DNA of 12,206 nucleotides from a candidate division FCPU426 bacterium (lineage in GTDB: Bacteria; Oederibacteriota; Muellerivitia; Muellerivitales; Muellerivitaceae): the NCBI GenBank assembly GCA_963830915.1, contig CAWHOE010000028.1, forward strand, positions 1 through 12,206, in the 5' to 3' direction. The translations under genes were made by a program, and so were the position numbers. Shown one piece after another: positions 6,521-12,206 of the stretch (position 1 is the stretch's first letter; each line of letters begins with the position of its first letter). Under the pieces are notes generated by a model. The model searched no databases. It had not been told where the DNA came from and saw nothing but the letters and a program-made list of their open reading frames with translations.

Positions 6521-8095
6521 TTAGTGTTTGAAATGCCGGTAGCTGGTGAAGATCATGGGAAGGCCGTGCTCGTTGGCCGCGTCGATGACCTCTTTATCCT
6601 TCACGCTCCCGCCGGTCTGGATGATGGCGGCCACTCCCGCCTTGGCGCAAGCGTCCACCGAGTCCCTAAAGGGCAGTAGGGCGTCCGAAGCCATCACCGC
6701 TCCCTTCGACTTCTCGCCCGCCTGGGCGATGGCGATCTCCAGGGAGCCCACCCGGTTCATCTGTCCAGCGCCCACGCCCACCGAGACCCCGTCCTTGACC
6801 AGCACGATGGCGTTGGATTTCACGTGCTTCACCAGCTTCCAGCCGAACTCCATGTCCGAGGAAAGGGCCGGGTCCGGTTGTTTCGCTGTCACCACCTTGT
6901 ATTGGAACTTGTCCTCCACCACCTGGTCGAATTCCTGCACCAGGAACCCGCCCTGCACCCGCCTCAAGTGGTAGCCCTGCACCATGTCCTTGCTCACGCC
7001 CAGACCCTCCACCGTCATGACCCGCAGGTTCTTCCGGGCCTCGAATAGTTTCAGCGCTCCCGCGTCATAGGACGGCGCCAGCATGATCTCGAAGAAGCTG
7101 AGCTTCTCCAGGATGACCTTGGCGGTCTTCTCGTTGATCGGCCGGTTCACGGCCACAATGCCCCCGAAGGCCGACAGGGGGTCGGCCCCATGGGCCTTCT
7201 CGAAAGCGTCCTGGATATCCTTGCCGATGGCCGTCCCGCAGGGGTTGGTGTGCTTGATGATGGCGGCGGCGGGCTGTTCGAACTCCTTCACCAGCATCAG
7301 GGCCGAGTCGGCGTCCATGATGTTGTTGTAGGAAAGTTCCTTGCCCTGCAATTGCTTCCCGTTCACGATGGTCGGCAGGTTGCTCTTGCGGTCCATGTAG
7401 AAAGCCGCGGGCTGGTGCGGATTCTCCCCGTAGCGCATCTCCTGCAGCTTGAGTCCGGAGAAGGCGAAGATATCGGGCCATTTCTTGTCCGAGAGCTTCT
7501 TGTGAAGGTACTCATGGATCATCCCGTCGTAGCGGGCGGTGGTCCCGAAGGCCTCGATGGCCAGTTCCTGCCTCAGTTTGAAGGTCGTGGCCCCGTCGTT
7601 CTCCCTCATTTCCTTGACCACGTCGGCGTAGCGGGCGGCCGAGACGACCACGGTCACGCTCCGGTAATTCTTGGAGGCCGAGCGGATCATGGAAGGCCCG
7701 CCGATGTCGATGTTCTCGATGGCCTCATGCATCTCCACGCCGGGCTTGGCGATGGTGGCCTCGAAGGGGTAAAGGTTGACGCAGACCAGGTCGATGGGCT
7801 TGATGTTGTGCTTGGCGATGGTATCCATGTGTTCTTTGTTGTCCCGCAGGGACAATAGGCCCCCGTGGACCACGGGATGGAGGGTCTTCACCCGGCCGTC
7901 CAGCATCTCGGGAAAACCCGTGACTTCCGATATGTCCTTCACGGGCAGACCGGCTTCCTTGATGGCCTTGGCGGTCCCGCCGGTGGAGATAAGCTCGACC
8001 CCGAAACCCACCAATTCCTTCGCGAAATCCAGAAGCCCGGTTTTGTCCGAAACGCTGATCAAAGCCCTTTTGATTTTCACTTTATCGTCTGCCAT
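6521..8095 (-). CDS. purH: Bifunctional AICAR formyltransferase/IMP cyclohydrolase PurH
   Basis: RALISVSDKTG, STGGT, GFPEMLDGRVKTLHP, ENIDIGGPSMIRS, RYGENPHQ, GKELSYNN, KHTNPCG, VKSNAI and a terminal RHFKH; 524 aa. SD GGAGAGG. Confidence 0.98.
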   Translation of the reverse strand: MADDKVKIKRALISVSDKTGLLDFAKELVGFGVELISTGGTAKAIKEAGLPVKDISEVTGFPEMLDGRVKTLHPVVHGGLLSLRDNKEHMDTIAKHNIKPIDLVCVNLYPFEATIAKPGVEMHEAIENIDIGGPSMIRSASKNYRSVTVVVSAARYADVVKEMRENDGATTFKLRQELAIEAFGTTARYDGMIHEYLHKKLSDKKWPDIFAFSGLKLQEMRYGENPHQPAAFYMDRKSNLPTIVNGKQLQGKELSYNNIMDADSALMLVKEFEQPAAAIIKHTNPCGTAIGKDIQDAFEKAHGADPLSAFGGIVAVNRPINEKTAKVILEKLSFFEIMLAPSYDAGALKLFEARKNLRVMTVEGLGVSKDMVQGYHLRRVQGGFLVQEFDQVVEDKFQYKVVTAKQPDPALSSDMEFGWKLVKHVKSNAIVLVKDGVSVGVGAGQMNRVGSLEIAIAQAGEKSKGAVMASDALLPFRDSVDACAKAGVAAIIQTGGSVKDKEVIDAANEHGLPMIFTSYRHFKH

Positions 8096-8136
8096 GGTCC
8101 CCTCTCCATATCAGTATTTTTAATAACCAAAACCCA

Positions 8137-8646
8137 TTAACCGCGTACGATCCTGCCCCTGAAAACCCCAAGTTCCTCAATGAACTTCAACATTTCCTCC
8201 AAAGACGTATCCAGCGCCGCTTCCGCCACATTGACCAGCGGGTAACCCATCCTGCGGTTCAAGGTCAGCGTGGCTTTTTTAAGGAAATTCAACCGATCCA
8301 AGACCGCTTGCTCGTTCTTGGGCACGATCCCCATGATCTTTTTCCCCAGGTATATATAGGAACGTATCTCCTCTATTTCATCCCAGCGGATAAGCCCTAC
8401 CCCCTTCAAGCTTGTCCCATCCCAAAGACCCTCGCTGGAAAGGATGAGGGCCGGCCGGTTGGTGACGAACTTACTGAGGACGGATAAAAAGATCGCCCCC
8501 ATCAGGACCAACCCGATGGAGTTCAGGACCCTGGCCGGACCTATCGTCCGGTCGAACGAATAAAACATCAGGCCCAAGCATCCCCCGGTGATCAACAGCA
8601 TCATCAAAACGACGCCTCGGTTGAAATAGACCTTCTTTTCTTTCAT
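8137..8646 (-). CDS. Hypothetical membrane protein with two N-terminal TM helices and a soluble domain (resembles STM3941/YfjD-like, PH-like proteins)
   Basis: 169 aa, filling the purN-purH gap on the same strand, with an upstream GAGAGG. Two hydrophobic segments are followed by PALILSSEGLWD...GLIRWDEI. The family resemblance is from memory and was not searched. Confidence 0.75.
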   Translation of the reverse strand: MKEKKVYFNRGVVLMMLLITGGCLGLMFYSFDRTIGPARVLNSIGLVLMGAIFLSVLSKFVTNRPALILSSEGLWDGTSLKGVGLIRWDEIEEIRSYIYLGKKIMGIVPKNEQAVLDRLNFLKKATLTLNRRMGYPLVNVAEAALDTSLEEMLKFIEELGVFRGRIVRG

Positions 8647-8662
8647 ACAGACCTCTCGGCGC

Positions 8663-9298
8663 TCAATGCAGTATCTTGACCCGCCCGTTCTCGACCTTCA
8701 GTTTTCCCTCGCAATAAAGCCGGACCGCCTCCGGGTATATCTGGTGCTCCACCTTCAGGACCTTCTCGGCCAAGGTCTCGGCCGAATCGGACGGCATGAC
8801 CCGGACATTGCCCTGCAATATGACGGGGCCCGCGTCCACGCCCTCTTCCACGAAATGGACGCTCGCGCCAGACTCGGTTTCCTTGGCGGCCAGGACCGCC
8901 TCATGCACATGGTGGCCGTACATCCCCTCGCCGCCGAACTTGGGCAGGAGGGCCGGATGGATATTCATGATCCTGTGTTGGAAGTGTTTGATGATCACGG
9001 GCGTCAATATCCTCATGTAACCCGCCAGGCAGATCAGGTCTATCTTCTTGGCCTCGCAGACTCGCAAGACTTCTTGATCATAGGCTTCCCTGGTACCGGT
9101 GTATCCCTTGCTGGGGATGCAGACCGCCTCGATCTGGTGCGTCTCCGCCCGTTCCAGGGCCTTGGCGTCCGGTACGTTGGAAAAGACCAGGGATATCTTC
9201 CCCTTGATCGAGCCTGCTTCCTGGGCGTCGATGAGGGATTGCAGGTTCGAGCCGCCCCCTGACGCGAATACGGCGATACGGATCAATTTCCCCTCCAT
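8663..9298 (-). CDS. purN: Phosphoribosylglycinamide formyltransferase PurN
   Basis: IAVFASGGGSNLQSLID, LAGYMRIL, NIHPALLPKFGG, SGASVHFVEEGVDAGPVI and EHQIYP; 211 aa. Confidence 0.98.
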   Translation of the reverse strand: MEGKLIRIAVFASGGGSNLQSLIDAQEAGSIKGKISLVFSNVPDAKALERAETHQIEAVCIPSKGYTGTREAYDQEVLRVCEAKKIDLICLAGYMRILTPVIIKHFQHRIMNIHPALLPKFGGEGMYGHHVHEAVLAAKETESGASVHFVEEGVDAGPVILQGNVRVMPSDSAETLAEKVLKVEHQIYPEAVRLYCEGKLKVENGRVKILH

Positions 9299-9350
9299 GG
9301 GCCTGGTATCGTTCTAAAAATACTTTATGGGTTGGTCGTCTGGTAGGTGT

Positions 9351-11361
9351 TCAGGGGCGTTGGACCGCTTCTAACTGTCTCGAATTCTTCAGGGCTTCCT
9401 GGTTCCCGGGATCCAGGCCCAGGGCCCTTTTGTAATAGACGTCGGCGTCGGGATATTTTCTCGTCATCACCAGGCAATTTCCGTAATCCACCAGCGCTGG
9501 AACGCAGGTAGGATAATCGAAAACCAGCTTTTGATAAATAACCAAAGCGTCATTGAATTTTTTCGAGTCGGCCAAAGCTCTCGCCTTCTTGTAGTCCTCC
9601 AGTTGGAAGATCAAAGCCGGGTCCAACCGGATGGCCTTCTTCATCTCATTCCGGGAATCCTCGCCTCGGCCGAGCCGTTCCAAGGCCTCCGCCCGCTTGA
9701 AATGGACCAAAACATAGTCCGGCTGGGTCTGGACGACCTTATCCAGGTCGGCCAGGGCCTTTTCCGCGTCGCCCTCGCCTGCCCGGTCCAATTCGGCCGC
9801 TCCCAGGAAGTAACGGGCTTCGATCTTGTCTTTATCCAGGTCCAGCACTTGCTGATAGAGGGGGATGGCCTGGTCCCACTTTTTTTCCATGGAAAGGCCA
9901 TTGGCCCTTTTCAACAGGACATCGGCCAGCTGTTGATGAAGCACCAGGTTCACGTCCCACACGCAAAGAGCGCCGATGAGCATGGCGGCCGGAAGCAGGA
10001 CGGCCTTCCAGGCGGTCAGGTCCACATCCTTTCGCCGTATCGGGTAACCCTCCAGAAGCAGGAACCTCTGGGACAGGGCCACCGGCATGGCTGCGAAAAA
10101 GAGAAGAGGCACCAGGGTGGAAGGAAGGTAACAATTCAGGTCGAACAGGTTGTCGCAGGCCACGCCCGCGAAAAGCGCGAAGGCCCCCGCCCCCAAAGCC
10201 CTGGGGATGGCGTTGGCCTTATACAGCCGCCACCATTGATAAAGGACGTATCCCCAGAAAGCCAAAAGCAGGGCCAGCCCGGCCCATCCGGTCTCGGCCG
10301 TCCATTCCAGGACCCAGTTGTGGGCGTGGTTGACCTCATAACTGCGTTGGGTTTGGGACATCATCAGGGAAATGGGCCGGTAGGATGGGAAGGCCGCGGA
10401 AAAAGCGCCGAACCCCACTCCGGTCCAGGGATGCTCGCGGATCATCTCCACCGTTCCCTTCCAGACTTCCTCGCGGAACTGGATGGAAGGATTGGCTGAG
10501 TCCATCAGTCCGGTCAAGGCCTTGTGGGTCGGCCCGATGAAAAAAGCCCCGACGCAAATGACCGCCGCCGCTAAAAGTATTTTGTTCTTCTTGAACCAGT
10601 CCGAGCCCTTGGAACCCTGGAAGAAAAAGATCAAATAAACCAACAGGCTGAAATAAAAACTGAGGATGCCTGCCTTGCTGGAGGTGAAGACCAGCGCCAA
10701 AAAGGTTATCAGCATCAGGCTCACCCAGAGGAACTTGGTGATGGGTTGGACCGCCCTAAAATAAAGGGCCAAGGCGATGGGCCAGACCATCAAAAGATAC
10801 CCGGCCAGAAAATCAGGGTTGCCCAGACCAGCTGTGACCCTTCCCCCGAATTGGTCCTTCACGATCAATGACCAGGCGCCGCTGTCCAACCCGAAAGCCT
10901 GGGCCAGGGCCCAAAGGGCCGTTCCCAAAGCGCCCATCAGGAAGACGATGAGGATATTCTCCGCCCGCCACAGTTCATAACATAGGAGGGTCAATAGCAC
11001 ATACCAGAGGGGGAAACAGAATCCAATGGGCTAGGGCCTGCCAGCCGACCGACTGGTAGGGCGAGAAGATCACGGTCAGGGCCAGCCAGGCCAACAGGCC
11101 GACCAGGGGCCAAAAAGCGTTCGTTTGTATCCAAACCATCCGGCTGGTCCAGGTCACCTTCAGCATCCAGGCCGCCAGGATCATGAGGACCAGTATCTGG
11201 GTCAGCGCCAACTTGGGGTAGATGCTGTCCATCCCATCCACTTGGGTGATGAAGGGCACGAAGAACACGAGAAGGATCGAGAAGAATAGGGGGGCCTTAT
11301 CCACCGCCAGGGCCCAGCCATTGATACGCGTCACGGGTTGCGGTTCTGGGGCTGGGTTCAT
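9351..11361 (-). CDS. O-antigen ligase (Wzy_C/WaaL/PglL-like) family polytopic membrane protein with C-terminal TPR repeats, with an apparent 1-nt insertion in the G5 run at 11009-11013
   Basis: ORFs 10975..11361 and 9351..11000 join as ...HWILFP-LWYVLLTLLCYELWR... when one base is removed, giving about 669 aa. It has many TM segments and the motifs GNPDFLAGYL, R-x3-W...MIREHPWTGVGFGAF and HAHNWVLEWTAETGWAG. TPR-like units follow (AIPLYQQVLDLDK, KKAIRLDP, YYKRALGLDPGN). Confidence 0.85.
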
Positions 11362-12206
11362 GGCAATATCTGCCTTTTCAGGGACAGGGCTTTGGCGTTC
11401 TGGGGGTCGATCGCCAATACCCGGTCGACCTCATCCAGCGCCTGTCTCATATCTTTCTTGATGAAGTACACATAGGCCAGGTTGAAGTGGGCCTCCACCG
11501 AATTGGGGTCCAGGTCGGACGCCCTTCGGTAAAAGTTGATGGCGTTATCCAGATTTGAAACATCCTTATCCGCCTTCATTAAATAGATGTTCCCCAGGTT
11601 CAAATAGGCCCCCGGCGAGTTGGAATTCAGTTTTATTTCTTCCTGATAGGCCCCTTCCGCGTCGTTCATCTTGTTGAGTTTGGCGTACACATTCCCCAAT
11701 TCATGGTAAAGGCTGGCGTTTTTCGGGTCTTTTTGGATGGCCTCCATCAAACGCTGGGGCGCGGACCCCAGGTCGGCCGGAACTTCTTTCAGGAAATCCT
11801 TCTGGCTCTGGTCGAAGAACATGACGGCGGCGGAACGGGCATAGTATCCAAAGCCCAGGAAGGCGGCGATGACCAACCCGAAGGTGAACAGTCCCCGAAG
11901 GGCCGGGACCTTTAGGGGTTGGGGGTCGAAAAATCGGTTGGCCAGCCAGGCCGCGACCAGCCACAGGAAGAAACCCACGCCGGAAAGCCTGCAATTGTAA
12001 TCGAACAGGTTGGTGAAGGCCGCACCCGCCAGGGAAAGAAGAAGAACCGATGGATACCCAAGGGGATGGCTTCATTCCCCGCCTTGATCTCGTTGATCCT
12101 CCGCAAGGCCCGCCCGGCCAGGCTCACCCAAAAAATGCCGGCCAGTACCAACCCGGTCACGCCCAGCTCCACCCACATCTCCAGCGGCTCGTTGTGGACA
12201 TGCTCG
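11358..12206 (-). CDS. C-terminal part of a second O-antigen ligase family/TPR protein (5' end outside the window), with an apparent 1-nt deletion near 12030-12070
   Basis: The frame entering from the edge reads EHVHNEPLEMWVELGVTGL (the HxHN..LE...E.G..G motif). After a frame change it reads ...SLAGAAFTNLFDYNCRLSGVGFFLW..., continuing into ORF 11358..11978 with TPRs (AIQKDPKNASLYHELGNVY, LDPNSVEAHFNLAYVY, LAIDPQNAKA). Its TGA overlaps the next ATG (ATGA). Confidence 0.82.

Noticed and set aside
8096..8136. ZTP (pfl) or purine riboswitch upstream of purH or purN (9299-9350)
   Set aside because: The spacers are only 41 and 52 nt and lack the required helices.
11009..11013. Phase variation of the ligase-TPR genes through G-tracts (also 12062-12065)
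   Set aside because: Runs of 4-5 are too short for typical slipped-strand switching, and equivalent indels hit housekeeping genes (purD, recG), which favours sequencing error.
1..12206. CRISPR array, IS or prophage, tRNA or rRNA, defence system
   Set aside because: No regularly spaced repeats, transposase, integrase, nuclease motifs or cloverleaf were seen. Nearly all of the sequence is explained by the listed CDSs.

Overview
GC-rich bacterial core-chromosome segment, almost all on the minus strand. In transcription order it holds two tandem O-antigen-ligase-family/TPR membrane proteins (the first cut by the window edge), purN, a small membrane protein, purH, purD, tsaC, a YwlE-like low-molecular-weight phosphatase, rpiB and a putative lipoprotein. 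This run converges on a plus-strand rpmB (L28), which is divergent from recG-rsmD. Five genes (recG, the phosphatase, purD and both ligase-TPR genes) each carry a single-base frameshift whose correction restores a full-length, family-typical protein, so these are most likely sequencing or assembly indels. I see no mobile element, CRISPR array, tRNA or rRNA, and no clear-cut new system. The best leads are the coupled ligase-TPR pair, a potentially structured rpmB leader, inverted repeats upstream of purN and purH, a short upstream ORF overlapping the tsaC start, and non-canonical motifs in RecG and L28. Family assignments come from motif recognition and were not checked against databases.
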